Positions 1 through 9,036 of a stretch of DNA of 64,000 nt are shown piece by piece (positions within the stretch are counted from its first letter, which is position 1; each line of letters begins with the position of its first letter). A program made the position numbers and the translations under genes. Origin of the DNA: an uncultured bacterium (GTDB lineage Bacteria; Chlamydiota; Chlamydiia; Chlamydiales; JAAKFR01); assembly GCA_964350245.1 (NCBI GenBank), contig CAYGJC010000002.1, positions 69,473 through 133,472 of the forward strand, in the 5' to 3' direction. Below the pieces are notes generated by a model that was not told the DNA's origin, ran no database searches, and was given only the letters and a program-made list of their open reading frames with translations.

Positions 1-18
1 ATTTTTAATGGACCGGTC

Positions 19-903
19 GTGCCGATGAGTGAGCATGTTTCCATTTTAGTGGAAGAGTATCTCGCTTTTTTTGCCGAAAAAAAAATTCGACGTTTTGTTG
101 ATGGAACGGTGGGTGCCGGAGGCCATGCATCTGCTCTCTTAAAGGCGCATGGCGAAATCGAGTCGTTCTATGGGATAGATCAAGATCCGGAGGCTCTGGA
201 GATTGCGCAAAAGCAACTGGAGCCTTTCAAAGAGAAGGTCTCTTTGATTCAGGGTAGTTTTTTTGAGATCGATCAGCTTGTTGATGGACCACTTGAGGGG
301 ATTTTCCTCGATCTGGGAGTTTCATCGATGCAGTTGGATCGTCCTGAAAAGGGCTTTAGCCTCTATAAAGAGGGACCGCTTGATATGCGGATGAACCCGG
401 AGATGAGACTTGATGCTGCAACGGCAGTGAATACCTTCTCGGAAAAAGAGCTGGAGCGTATTTTTCGGGAATATGGTGAAGAGCCACGTGCGCGTGCGGC
501 TGCAAAAGCAGTTGTTGAAGCGAGGCGGAAAAAAAAGTTCAAAACGACAACGGATTTGACAGAGGCGCTCAAACGGGTCTTGACGTGGGGTGGGCGGCGA
601 GGCAAAAAGATTCATCCCATGACTCTGGTGTTTCAAGCGCTTCGCATTTATGTGAACAATGAGCTAAAAGGATTGGAAGAGATGCTGCCTAAAGGAGTGG
701 AGCTGCTGAGTTCCGGAGGGCGATTTGGGATCCTCACGTTTCATAGCTTAGAAGATCGGATTGTCAAACATACCTTTCGACAACTGGCAAGCGAGAAAAA
801 AGTGACACTACTGACAAAAAAGCCGCTGATACCGGGTTTGGAAGAGATGCAGCGTAATCCCCGTAGCCGTTCAGCTAAATTGCGTTTTGTGGAAAAGTTA
901 TGA
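19..903 (+). CDS. rsmH: 16S rRNA (cytosine1402-N4)-methyltransferase RsmH/MraW
   Basis: 294-aa ORF with SAM-MTase motifs DGTVGAGGHA and DLGVSSMQLD. Heads an rsmH-ftsL-ftsI-murE cluster. Start is GTG at 19 or ATG at 25. Confidence 0.93.
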   Translation: MPMSEHVSILVEEYLAFFAEKKIRRFVDGTVGAGGHASALLKAHGEIESFYGIDQDPEALEIAQKQLEPFKEKVSLIQGSFFEIDQLVDGPLEGIFLDLGVSSMQLDRPEKGFSLYKEGPLDMRMNPEMRLDAATAVNTFSEKELERIFREYGEEPRARAAAKAVVEARRKKKFKTTTDLTEALKRVLTWGGRRGKKIHPMTLVFQALRIYVNNELKGLEEMLPKGVELLSSGGRFGILTFHSLEDRIVKHTFRQLASEKKVTLLTKKPLIPGLEEMQRNPRSRSAKLRFVEKL

Positions 904-1193
904 ATAGTGGAATCTTTATCCGTCTTTTTTTATGCATTTTGATGATCGGGGTTTTCCTTTATGCGTATATCAACAAGCAAAACCAGATAACCGAGCTTAG
1001 GCTACAGATTCCGGTTGTTGCCCAGCAGCTACAGATCGTGCAGCAAGAAAATACGGGCTTGCAGTTTGAGATCGATCAGTTTGAAAATCCACTCCATTTA
1101 ATGGAGCTCGCTCGACTTCCACAGTTCAGTCATCTCAAACATCCTCTTGTGAATGAGATTATCACGATTCAAGTTCCTCAGGAGGAACCGTGA
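900..1193 (+). CDS. ftsL: small bitopic coiled-coil cell-division protein, FtsL-like
   Basis: 97 aa with one N-terminal TM helix (IFIRLFLCILMIGVFLYAYI) followed by a heptad-like region. ATGA overlap with rsmH and GTGA overlap with ftsI. Sits in the canonical ftsL position. Confidence 0.65.
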   Translation: MNSGIFIRLFLCILMIGVFLYAYINKQNQITELRLQIPVVAQQLQIVQQENTGLQFEIDQFENPLHLMELARLPQFSHLKHPLVNEIITIQVPQEEP

Positions 1194-3250
1194 AGCAGAA
1201 AAAACGGTTGGTGATCATCTCAATTGGGATTTTTTTCCTCTTCTCTTTACTGATTGTGCACTATTTCAAGATTCAAATTTTAGAAGGTGAGAAGTGGACA
1301 CGTAGGGCATTAGCCCAGCATGAGTGTGTGATTCAAGAACCTTTTAGACGGGGCACTTTTTATGCAAATCCCTCATTGAAACAAGGGCATCCGGAGGCAC
1401 CCCAACCTCTCGTATTTGATGTAACCAAATTCCACCTATATGCCGATCCACTTTCGATTCCAAAAGAGTATCGTGATGAAGTGGTAGAGGGGTTAAATGC
1501 ACTTGTGGCAGTCGATCAAAAGGAATTAAATCGAACGGTACGTAGTCGTGATTTCGCTCACTGGATTGCTCAAGAAGCAAAAGATGGCGTGCAAGGCTTT
1601 GGAAAAGTAATGACAGTCGATCGGGAAGATTTGAATCGAAAAACGCGGAGTCGACGTCTTGCCCTTTGGCTCGATCGAGAAACAAAGGAGGCCATCTTGG
1701 AGTGGTGGCACCCTTTTGCCAAGCAGAGAAAAATCCCGCGTAATGCTCTATACTTTATCACCGATTACCGCCGCTCTTATCCTTACGGAAAGATGCTCGG
1801 CCAGGTTCTGCACACCATTCGGGAGATGAAAGATGAGACGACCTATGAGGGACTCCCAACAGGTGGGTTAGAGGCTTATTTTAACTCTTATCTCAAAGGA
1901 AAGATAGGCAAACGGAAGCGGCTGCGCTCTCCGCTTAATCAGTTGGAGATCGATCAGGTCATTGAGGAGCCGGAGGATGGAGCAGATGTGTATCTCACGA
2001 TTGATCCCTGTGTACAGGCGATTGTGGAAGAAGAGTTAGAAAAAGGGGTGTTGGCAGCGCAAGCAAAGGGAGGATGGGCTGTTATGCTCAATCCGCACAA
2101 TGGGGAGATTTTGGCGCTTGCGCAGTATCCTTATTTCGATCCCTCTCGTTATCAAGATTTTTTCAACGATCCTGAGAAGATGGAAGATGCAAAAGTCAAA
2201 GCAGTTTCGGATGCTTTTGAGCTCGGGTCTATCATGAAGCCGATCACAATTGCCTTAGCAATGAAGGCAAATGAGGAACTAAAAAGTGAGGGAAAAGCAC
2301 CCATTTATGATCCGCACGAGAAGATAGATGTTAACCGTTCGAGCTTTCCCGGAAGAGCCTCCCGTCCCCTTTACGATCTTCCACGTCATAAGGCTCTGAA
2401 TATGTATATGGCCCTACAAAAATCTTCGAATGTATATATGGCTCAGGTGATCGATCGCGTGATCGCGGCCCGCGGAAGTGAGTGGTACCGCCGTGCCTTG
2501 GTGGAGACATTTGGTTTTGAGACTAAATCGGGCATTGAGCTTCCCGGTGAGGCGTATGGGCTTGTGCCCACCCCTGGTAAGATGCATCCCAGTGGAGCTT
2601 TAGAGTGGTCCGTGCCCACGCCCTACTCTTTGTCAATTGGCTATAACATGTTAGCTACGAGTCTGCAGATGCTCCGTGCGTTTGCCGTGTTTGCCAATGG
2701 CGGTTTTTTGGTCGATCCCACCTTGGTGAGAAAAATAGTGGGTAAAGAGGGCGTGTTGATGGATCATACGCTGTTTGCCAGCAAGCGGCGTGTATTAGAG
2801 GAACAGATCGCTCACGAGGTCGTAAAGGGGATGAAATTCTCCACAAAACCGGGAGGAACCGGACGCTTAGCCAGCGTGAGTGGCTATTCTGAGGCAGGAA
2901 AAACGGGGACTGCAGAAAAAATTGTTGGTGGCGTTTATTCCAAACAACGCTATATATCTTCGTTTATCGGTATGGCTCCTGCAAATCAACCCCGTCTTGT
3001 ACTCATCGTGACACTCGATGAACCCAAGCCGATCCGTCTTGAGGGAGGGGTCAAAAATTATGTGGGGGGAAGGTGTTCGGCCCCGGTATTTGCAGAAATA
3101 ACAAAGCGGACACTGGAATATTTAGGAGAGCCTCCTGATGATCCCTACGGATACCCTCCGGGAGATCCCCGCTATGATCCGGAGAAAGCAGATTGGATGA
3201 AAGAAGTGCGTGAGCTAAAACTCCTCTACGAACAATGGAATCGACCATGA
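1190..3250 (+). CDS. ftsI: penicillin-binding protein 3 / peptidoglycan D,D-transpeptidase FtsI
   Basis: N-terminal TM anchor. Transpeptidase motifs SIMK (SxxK), SSN (SxN) and KTGT. Lies between ftsL and murE. Contains an internal 35-aa tandem duplication (see findings). Confidence 0.93.
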   Translation: MKQKKRLVIISIGIFFLFSLLIVHYFKIQILEGEKWTRRALAQHECVIQEPFRRGTFYANPSLKQGHPEAPQPLVFDVTKFHLYADPLSIPKEYRDEVVEGLNALVAVDQKELNRTVRSRDFAHWIAQEAKDGVQGFGKVMTVDREDLNRKTRSRRLALWLDRETKEAILEWWHPFAKQRKIPRNALYFITDYRRSYPYGKMLGQVLHTIREMKDETTYEGLPTGGLEAYFNSYLKGKIGKRKRLRSPLNQLEIDQVIEEPEDGADVYLTIDPCVQAIVEEELEKGVLAAQAKGGWAVMLNPHNGEILALAQYPYFDPSRYQDFFNDPEKMEDAKVKAVSDAFELGSIMKPITIALAMKANEELKSEGKAPIYDPHEKIDVNRSSFPGRASRPLYDLPRHKALNMYMALQKSSNVYMAQVIDRVIAARGSEWYRRALVETFGFETKSGIELPGEAYGLVPTPGKMHPSGALEWSVPTPYSLSIGYNMLATSLQMLRAFAVFANGGFLVDPTLVRKIVGKEGVLMDHTLFASKRRVLEEQIAHEVVKGMKFSTKPGGTGRLASVSGYSEAGKTGTAEKIVGGVYSKQRYISSFIGMAPANQPRLVLIVTLDEPKPIRLEGGVKNYVGGRCSAPVFAEITKRTLEYLGEPPDDPYGYPPGDPRYDPEKADWMKEVRELKLLYEQWNRP

Positions 3251-4701
3251 ATCTCAAACAGTTAATTGCAAATCTTCCCATTGAAGTCTACAAGGGGACA
3301 AAGGATATACCCATTTCAGGTCTGTGCGCGCATTCAAAGCTAGTTGCACCTGGAAACCTATTCATTGCCAAAAAGGGGATGAGCGATGATGGATCAAAGT
3401 ATCTAGAGGAGGCTTTGGCCAGTGGAGCCAGTGCTCTTTTGACTGATATGCCCAATCCGTTCCTGAAAAATGTGACGCAGCTGATCACCCCTGATGTACG
3501 CGCTCTAGAAGGAGAGTTAGCCGCTCGTTTTTTTGGCTGGCCTTCTCGTTCTCTTTTTATGGTCGGTGTCACAGGGACTAACGGCAAGACCACAACAGCC
3601 TATCTGATCAAGCACCTCTTCGATCACCTTCACATTCCGTGTGGCCTGATTGGAACCATTGAGTACATTATCGGTGGGCACCACTTTGCTGCTGAGTTGA
3701 CCACTCCTGAGGTGATTACCAACCAGAAACTTTTGCGAGAAATGGTAAAACAAAAATGCGAAGCGGCCGTTATGGAGGTCTCTTCGATCGGTTTAGATCA
3801 AGGGAGGGTCGCGCAGATTGATTACGATGTTGCTGTGTTTACCAATCTCTCACCCGAGCATCTAGACTACCATGAAACGATGGAGGCCTATGCGGAGGCA
3901 AAGGCTAAGCTGTTCCGTACTCTTGAGCCTCAGTCAACAGCTCTTTTTAATGTAGACTCTCCATGGGCGGATACCATGCGTAAGGGGTGTCTTGCCCAGC
4001 AATTGACTTATGGTTTTTCCGATACAGCAGATCTACAGGCACATTCGCTTGAGCTGCTACCCGATCAAACCCGCTTTGCCCTGACCTATCAAGGGCAGAC
4101 ACTCTTTTTTTCATGGAATTTGATTGGCAGATTTAATATCTACAACTGTTTGGCTGCGGTGGGAGTGGCTCTTGCCAAAAAGATTCCTTTTGAGAGCTTG
4201 CCTAAGGCAATCGCTTGTTTTCCTCCTGTTCCCGGTAGGTTAGAGCGAGTCGATACTCCATCTGGACTTCATATCTATGTTGACTACGCCCACACCCCAG
4301 ACGCTTTAGAAAAGGCGCTTCTATCACTACGTGAGGTGAAACAAGGAAAAATTTACACAATCTTCGGATGCGGAGGCAATCGGGACAAAATGAAGCGGAC
4401 ACTCATGGCAGAGGTTGCTGAGAAGGGGAGTGATTTTACGATCGTAACTTCCGATAATCCCCGATCCGAAGATCCCTTAGCTATCTGTGAGGACATTGCG
4501 CGAGGGTTTAGAGGAAAGCACTTTTTAATTGAGGTCGATCGCCGGATGGCCATTGAGCGCGCAATTGAGTTAGCTTCGGTTGATGATCTGATTTTAATTG
4601 CCGGTAAAGGGCATGAAACGTATCAGATATTTGCTCATCAAACACTGCCATTTGATGATTGCCAAGTAGCAAGAGAAATTGCGAATAGGGTTACAGTATG
4701 A
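3247..4701 (+). CDS. murE: UDP-N-acetylmuramoyl-L-alanyl-D-glutamate--2,6-diaminopimelate ligase
   Basis: Mur ligase P-loop GVTGTNGKTTT and the meso-DAP-type DNPRSEDP motif. ATG at 3247 forms an ATGA overlap with the ftsI stop. The ORF-track start at 3235 is the alternative. Confidence 0.94.
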   Translation: MNLKQLIANLPIEVYKGTKDIPISGLCAHSKLVAPGNLFIAKKGMSDDGSKYLEEALASGASALLTDMPNPFLKNVTQLITPDVRALEGELAARFFGWPSRSLFMVGVTGTNGKTTTAYLIKHLFDHLHIPCGLIGTIEYIIGGHHFAAELTTPEVITNQKLLREMVKQKCEAAVMEVSSIGLDQGRVAQIDYDVAVFTNLSPEHLDYHETMEAYAEAKAKLFRTLEPQSTALFNVDSPWADTMRKGCLAQQLTYGFSDTADLQAHSLELLPDQTRFALTYQGQTLFFSWNLIGRFNIYNCLAAVGVALAKKIPFESLPKAIACFPPVPGRLERVDTPSGLHIYVDYAHTPDALEKALLSLREVKQGKIYTIFGCGGNRDKMKRTLMAEVAEKGSDFTIVTSDNPRSEDPLAICEDIARGFRGKHFLIEVDRRMAIERAIELASVDDLILIAGKGHETYQIFAHQTLPFDDCQVAREIANRVTV

Positions 4702-5399
4702 GAGCTATTGTATTATTGTTGTTAGTCTTAGTTGTATCGGGGTGTAGTTATCGAGGGATTTCTCCTGAAATTTCGAGGCTTTCTGAAGAGAAACAGACGC
4801 GCTTTACGCGCCATCACAAGCCAGAGGTCATCGTTGTTGATGCGGGGCACGGAGGAAAGGATGGGGGGACAGGAAGTGCGCGGTACGATTTCGAGGAAAA
4901 AGAGCTGACTTTAGAAACTGCACTTTTGATCCGTAACTGTCTACATCAACTTGGATATAAAACAGTGATGACACGCACGCATGACATCTATGTTCCTCTG
5001 AGCAAGCGTGCAGAAATTGCCAACACTGTTGGAGGCGATCTTTTCGTCAGCATTCACTACAATCATGCGGCGAGCAAGGAAGCGAAAGGCGTAGAAGTGT
5101 TTTACTATAAAGAGGGCAAAAGTTCTCCTTCGCAGCGTGTTGCTGAATCCAAGAATTTAGCGGGCAGTATCTTAAAAAGAGTGATCGCCAATACAGGGGC
5201 GGAATCGCGTGGATTGAAAGAGGCGAACTTTGCGGTGCTCCGTGAGACGGAGATCCCGGCTATTTTGATTGAGGCGGGTTTTCTTTCGAATCCAATCGAG
5301 CGTGAGCGAGTTCGAGATCCCAAATATCAGCACTCGATTGCATGGGGGATAGCGCGAGGTATCGACCAATACTGCGAGGCTCTTCGTGGCAAGAAATAA
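4698..5399 (+). CDS. amiA: N-acetylmuramoyl-L-alanine amidase (Amidase_3), lipoprotein
   Basis: Lipobox-like LVVSGC. Amidase_3 motifs VVDAGHGGKDGG, SIHYNH and EAGFLSNP. ATGA overlap with murE. Confidence 0.9.
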   Translation: MRAIVLLLLVLVVSGCSYRGISPEISRLSEEKQTRFTRHHKPEVIVVDAGHGGKDGGTGSARYDFEEKELTLETALLIRNCLHQLGYKTVMTRTHDIYVPLSKRAEIANTVGGDLFVSIHYNHAASKEAKGVEVFYYKEGKSSPSQRVAESKNLAGSILKRVIANTGAESRGLKEANFAVLRETEIPAILIEAGFLSNPIERERVRDPKYQHSIAWGIARGIDQYCEALRGKK

Positions 5400-5439
5400 A
5401 TCTTCTCTTTTGAGTTTTTTTGCTCTACTTGACAGATCT

Positions 5440-5598
5440 CTCGCTCGGTGTATCCGTTACACTACCTTCGCTCGAGATCTATCAATTTGAGAAAAAATTC
5501 TCAAAAGCTCCTTTTTCCCCTCTCTTAGAATTTTTGGGGATTTTTGTTCTAGTTGGAATAGCGCGAGCGAAGACAGTGTAAACGATACGGCGAGCGAG
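5440..5598. repeat. 159-bp element bounded by 34-bp imperfect inverted repeats (28/34 matches)
   Basis: Arm 5440-5473 (ctcgctcggtgtatccgttacactaccttcgctc) matches the reverse complement of arm 5565-5598 (ctcgctcgccgtatcgtttacactgtcttcgctc). The only differences are three dinucleotide mismatches. The arms enclose 91 nt with an internal AT hairpin, ttgagaa-aaaa-ttctcaa, at 5487-5504. Confidence 0.8.
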
Positions 5599-5656
5599 CG
5601 CTCTTTCGAATAGGACAAAAAGCCTACAAAAACCCACCCAAGAATAATGGAAAAAA

Positions 5657-5730
5657 TGTCCCCGGCGCGATTCGAACGCGCGACCTGTTGCTTAGGAGGC
5701 AACCGCTCTATCCTACTGAGCTACGAGAAC
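5657..5730 (-). tRNA. tRNA-Arg (anticodon CCT)
   Basis: 74-nt cloverleaf read by hand on the minus strand: GTTCTCG TA GCTC AGTAGGATA GAGC G GTTGC CTCCTAA GCAAC AGGTC GCGCG TTCGAAT CGCGC CGGGGAC A. The T-loop is TTCGAAT, the anticodon loop is CT-CCT-AA, and no CCA is encoded. Confidence 0.93.
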
Positions 5731-5838
5731 GAAGGAAGCAGTTTACACCACCCAAGAGTTAAATTTAAGGAAATTCTAGACTCTCTCCTCTCCTAATGCT
5801 ACACTCCGGCCAATCAACACATTGAGGAGGAGGAGCGC

Positions 5839-7290
5839 ATGACACAAGCAGATATCGGTCTGATCGGCCTGGCCGTGATGGGACAAAACCTGGTTTTGAA
5901 TATGAACGACCACGGCTACACCGTTGCCGTCTATAACCGAACTGTATCTAAAGTGGATGATTTTCTAGCAGGACCAGCAAAAGGAACCCAGGTAATCGGA
6001 TGTCACACTCTGAACGAGTTTGTTCAAAAGCTCAAGCGTCCTCGTCGAGTAATGCTCATGGTAAAAGCGGGTGCTCCGGTTGATGAGTTCATTCAACATC
6101 TAGAGCCTCTTCTTGAAAAAGGGGATATCATCATCGATGGAGGCAACAGTCACTTTCCCGATACGAGCCGTCGTTGCCAGGAGCTAAAAAGTAAAGGGAT
6201 CTATTTCATTGGAACAGGGATTTCGGGTGGAGAAGAGGGAGCGCGTCACGGCCCTTCTATTATGCCGGGTGGACATCCTGAGGCGTGGCCCCATGTTAAG
6301 AAAATTTTCCAAGACATCGCGGCTAAAGTGGAAAGTGGTGAACCCTGTTGTGATTGGGTAGGAGATGAGGGTGCCGGTCACTATGTAAAAATGGTGCACA
6401 ACGGGATTGAGTATGGAGATATTCAATTGATCTGCGAAGCGTATGCTTTGATGACTAAAGTGTTAGGACTTTCTGCTGATGAAATTGCCGATATCTTTGA
6501 TGATTGGAATAAGCGGGAGTTAGACAGTTACCTAATTGAAATTGCCAGTCAAGTTTTCCGCACAAAAGACGCGGATGGGACGCTGCTTCTCGATAAGATT
6601 CTTGATGTGGCTGGTCAAAAAGGGACGGGAAAGTGGACGGCAATCAACTCTGTTGAGATGGGCATTCCGGTTACATTGATTGGAGAAGCTGTGTTTGCAC
6701 GCTGTCTATCAGCTCTAAAAGATGAAAGGGTTGCTGCGAGCAAAAAACTGAAAGGTCCATCTACGCAATTCACAGGGGATAAAAAGGCCTTTGTGAATGA
6801 TATTTTCCATGCCCTTTATGCGTCTAAAATGATTAGCTACGCACAAGGATACATGTTGATGCGTGAGGCGTCGCACGACTACAGTTGGCATCTCAACTTT
6901 GGTGGTATCGCGCTGATGTGGCGTGGAGGTTGCATCATTCGCAGTATTTTCCTAGGCAAAATCAAAGAGGCCTATGATAAGAATCACGATCTGTATAATT
7001 TGCTGCTCGATGATTTCTTCCTAGGAGAGATTACAAAGTGTCAAACCGGGTGGAGAAATGTGGTGGCTCAGGCTGCTCTTGTGGGTGTGCCGATTCCATG
7101 CTTTAGTACAGCGCTCTCCTTCTATGATGGGTATCGCTCTGAGCGTTTGCCTGCGAATTTGCTGCAGGCGCTACGTGACTACTTTGGCGCGCACACTTAT
7201 GAGCGCATCGACAAGCCGAGAGGTGAATTCTTCCATACAAACTGGACAGGAACCGGTGGAAAAGTGAGCGCCTCCTCTTATTCGATATGA
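5839..7290 (+). CDS. gnd: 6-phosphogluconate dehydrogenase, decarboxylating
   Basis: 483 aa with the N-terminal NADP fold [16 protein letters not shown] and full-length similarity to Gnd. GGAGG RBS upstream. Confidence 0.96.
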   Translation: MTQADIGLIGLAVMGQNLVLNMNDHGYTVAVYNRTVSKVDDFLAGPAKGTQVIGCHTLNEFVQKLKRPRRVMLMVKAGAPVDEFIQHLEPLLEKGDIIIDGGNSHFPDTSRRCQELKSKGIYFIGTGISGGEEGARHGPSIMPGGHPEAWPHVKKIFQDIAAKVESGEPCCDWVGDEGAGHYVKMVHNGIEYGDIQLICEAYALMTKVLGLSADEIADIFDDWNKRELDSYLIEIASQVFRTKDADGTLLLDKILDVAGQKGTGKWTAINSVEMGIPVTLIGEAVFARCLSALKDERVAASKKLKGPSTQFTGDKKAFVNDIFHALYASKMISYAQGYMLMREASHDYSWHLNFGGIALMWRGGCIIRSIFLGKIKEAYDKNHDLYNLLLDDFFLGEITKCQTGWRNVVAQAALVGVPIPCFSTALSFYDGYRSERLPANLLQALRDYFGAHTYERIDKPRGEFFHTNWTGTGGKVSASSYSI

Positions 7291-7991
7291 GGCTTTTAGC
7301 CGTTCTTTTTGTTTTCAGTACGCTCTGTCTCGATGGGTCTATCTACGAGACAGAGCGTGCCTATTTGTGCCCAGTAGAGTCAAAATATGTTCCTATTTTA
7401 CATGCGCGTCTTTTTTCTGATCCTAAGGTGATGTCTTCATTTGGGTTGGGAAAGCCCTACACTTACCAAAAAACCAGAAAACGAGTGGGGCAGCATATAC
7501 AGAGATGGAAGAAGAATTATCCCTTCAGCGGCTTTGTAGCTCTTTCAAAAGCGACGCATAAGTTAGTGGGATATGTAGTATGTGGAAACAGTTCTCTAGA
7601 GGGGCATACAGAAATTATTTATTTAGTCCCGTCACATTTATGGGAGCAGGGGTGGGGCTCTGAGTTGGCAGAATTTCTAGTAGATCGCTATCTGCCAAAA
7701 CTTTATGAAAAAGAAGTCTGCGTGCGATCTGGAGAGTGTTTTGAACTTTATCCGCTCATTGGTGTAGAGGCGACGGTACGGACCGATAACTTTGCTTCCA
7801 TAAAAATCCTAGAAAAACTTAAGTTCAATTTCAGCCAGATAGTTGAAAGGCATGGAGCCAAACGTGCTCTTTATCTTCTTTCACTAGAAAACAAAGGAAA
7901 AAATAATGAATCTTGTTTTACATCCCTTAGCTTTTTCGATCGTTTCACTCATCTTTGGGGTTTTGATTTTAGTCTTCCCCAGGCTTCTTAA
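7287..7991 (+). CDS. GNAT family N-acetyltransferase (RimJ/RimL-like) with hydrophobic N-terminal leader
   Basis: [10 protein letters not shown]...LFSDPKVM...[13 protein letters not shown]...IKILEKLKF follows the RimJ-like GNAT pattern. ATGA overlap with gnd. The first ~19 aa are signal-like. The last ~28 codons overlap the small ORF at 7906. Confidence 0.75.
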   Translation: MRLLAVLFVFSTLCLDGSIYETERAYLCPVESKYVPILHARLFSDPKVMSSFGLGKPYTYQKTRKRVGQHIQRWKKNYPFSGFVALSKATHKLVGYVVCGNSSLEGHTEIIYLVPSHLWEQGWGSELAEFLVDRYLPKLYEKEVCVRSGECFELYPLIGVEATVRTDNFASIKILEKLKFNFSQIVERHGAKRALYLLSLENKGKNNESCFTSLSFFDRFTHLWGFDFSLPQAS

Positions 7992-8055
7992 CTATATCGT
8001 CGGTATCTATCTTTTGATTGTCGGCGTTCTAGGTCTGATTAACTACTTTAGTTGA
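7906..8055 (+). CDS. 49-aa two-TM small membrane protein, DUF3096-like
   Basis: Below the ORF-track size cutoff. Hand translation: [49 protein letters not shown]. The [16 protein letters not shown] core resembles the DUF3096 family. AAAGGA lies upstream of the ATG. Confidence 0.55.
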   Translation: MNLVLHPLAFSIVSLIFGVLILVFPRLLNYIVGIYLLIVGVLGLINYFS

Positions 8056-9036
8056 GTCTTTTAGGCTCACTATCAGTGACATCATAACCACTATCAGAGG
8101 GGAGGCAAGAGCTAAGCCAAGCCCTCCTATCAGAACAAAGAGTAAAATCTGTCCCATGATTGTAAGCGCAGGTGGGATAGAGACTGTCTTTTGTTCAATG
8201 ACAGGGGTGATTAGATAGCCCTCGGCTACATGCACACCGATATACAGAATGAGTACGTAAAAGGCGGAAAGGGGTCTGTCTGCGAATGCAATCAAAAGTG
8301 CCGGAATGGCAGCAAGAATGGGTCCAACATAGGGAATAAACGTCAGTAGACCGGCTAGGAGGCCTAAGATAAAGGCCAGAGGAATATTCAAAAACCAAAG
8401 TCCTACGAAAGTCAAAATCCCGATCGCGATCATGGATAGTACTTTTCCTAAAAGCCAAAAACGGATGGCTTGTCCCATTTTTGTGAGCACTTCTCCTACG
8501 CGTTCGTAGCTTTTGTCAGGAATAATAAAAAGAGCTCCTTTCAAGTAGCGCTGCGGAAGAATGGCTAGATAAAAACCGACGATCAAAAAAATCACAAAAC
8601 TCACAATCGAGCCAACTGTTGAGGAGAACAGGGTGTAGGCTTGACTTAAAATTTTCTGGCTGTTGAATGAAAGTTCTTTACGTAACGACTCTCCTGAAAT
8701 CAATTTCTCATTGAGATAGGGAGCAAGCGTCTCTCGGAGGTTAAGAGCGGCGTTAGGGAGCTCTTTGAGAAGTCGCTGAAACTGTCCGGCAATCAAAGGT
8801 GAATAGAGCCAGAAAATAAGAACAAAGACACCTGTTATGCTCGTTAGGGCGATCATCAGAGAGGGAAGATAGGGAAGCCGGATGAGTTTCTGGGCCCACC
8901 TCCCGATCGTAGTAAATAAGATGGCTAGCAGAATGGCAGCAAAGCTCAGTAAAAAAACATCAATTGCTGCCCATACGATTAGAGCGCCGGCTACAAGAGC
9001 AAAGGCAAAAAAAATCTCTCTGTAGTGTGCCTTCAT
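8029..9036 (-). CDS. AI-2E family transporter (PerM/YhhT, UPF0118)
   Basis: Multi-TM protein with the PerM-like C-terminal half (IPYVGPILAAIPALLIAF...EGYLITPVI). ATG at 9036 gives an ATGA overlap with the sugar-porter stop. The ORF-track start is 9054. Confidence 0.85.
   Translation of the reverse strand: MKAHYREIFFAFALVAGALIVWAAIDVFLLSFAAILLAILFTTIGRWAQKLIRLPYLPSLMIALTSITGVFVLIFWLYSPLIAGQFQRLLKELPNAALNLRETLAPYLNEKLISGESLRKELSFNSQKILSQAYTLFSSTVGSIVSFVIFLIVGFYLAILPQRYLKGALFIIPDKSYERVGEVLTKMGQAIRFWLLGKVLSMIAIGILTFVGLWFLNIPLAFILGLLAGLLTFIPYVGPILAAIPALLIAFADRPLSAFYVLILYIGVHVAEGYLITPVIEQKTVSIPPALTIMGQILLFVLIGGLGLALASPLIVVMMSLIVSLKDSTKVVNQT

Noticed and set aside
5457-5702. 81-aa minus-strand ORF in the amiA-gnd gap
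   Set aside because: Its 5' end is the antisense reading of the tRNA-Arg gene, and the rest runs through the inverted-repeat element. It has a TTG start and no RBS, so it is an ORF-caller artefact.
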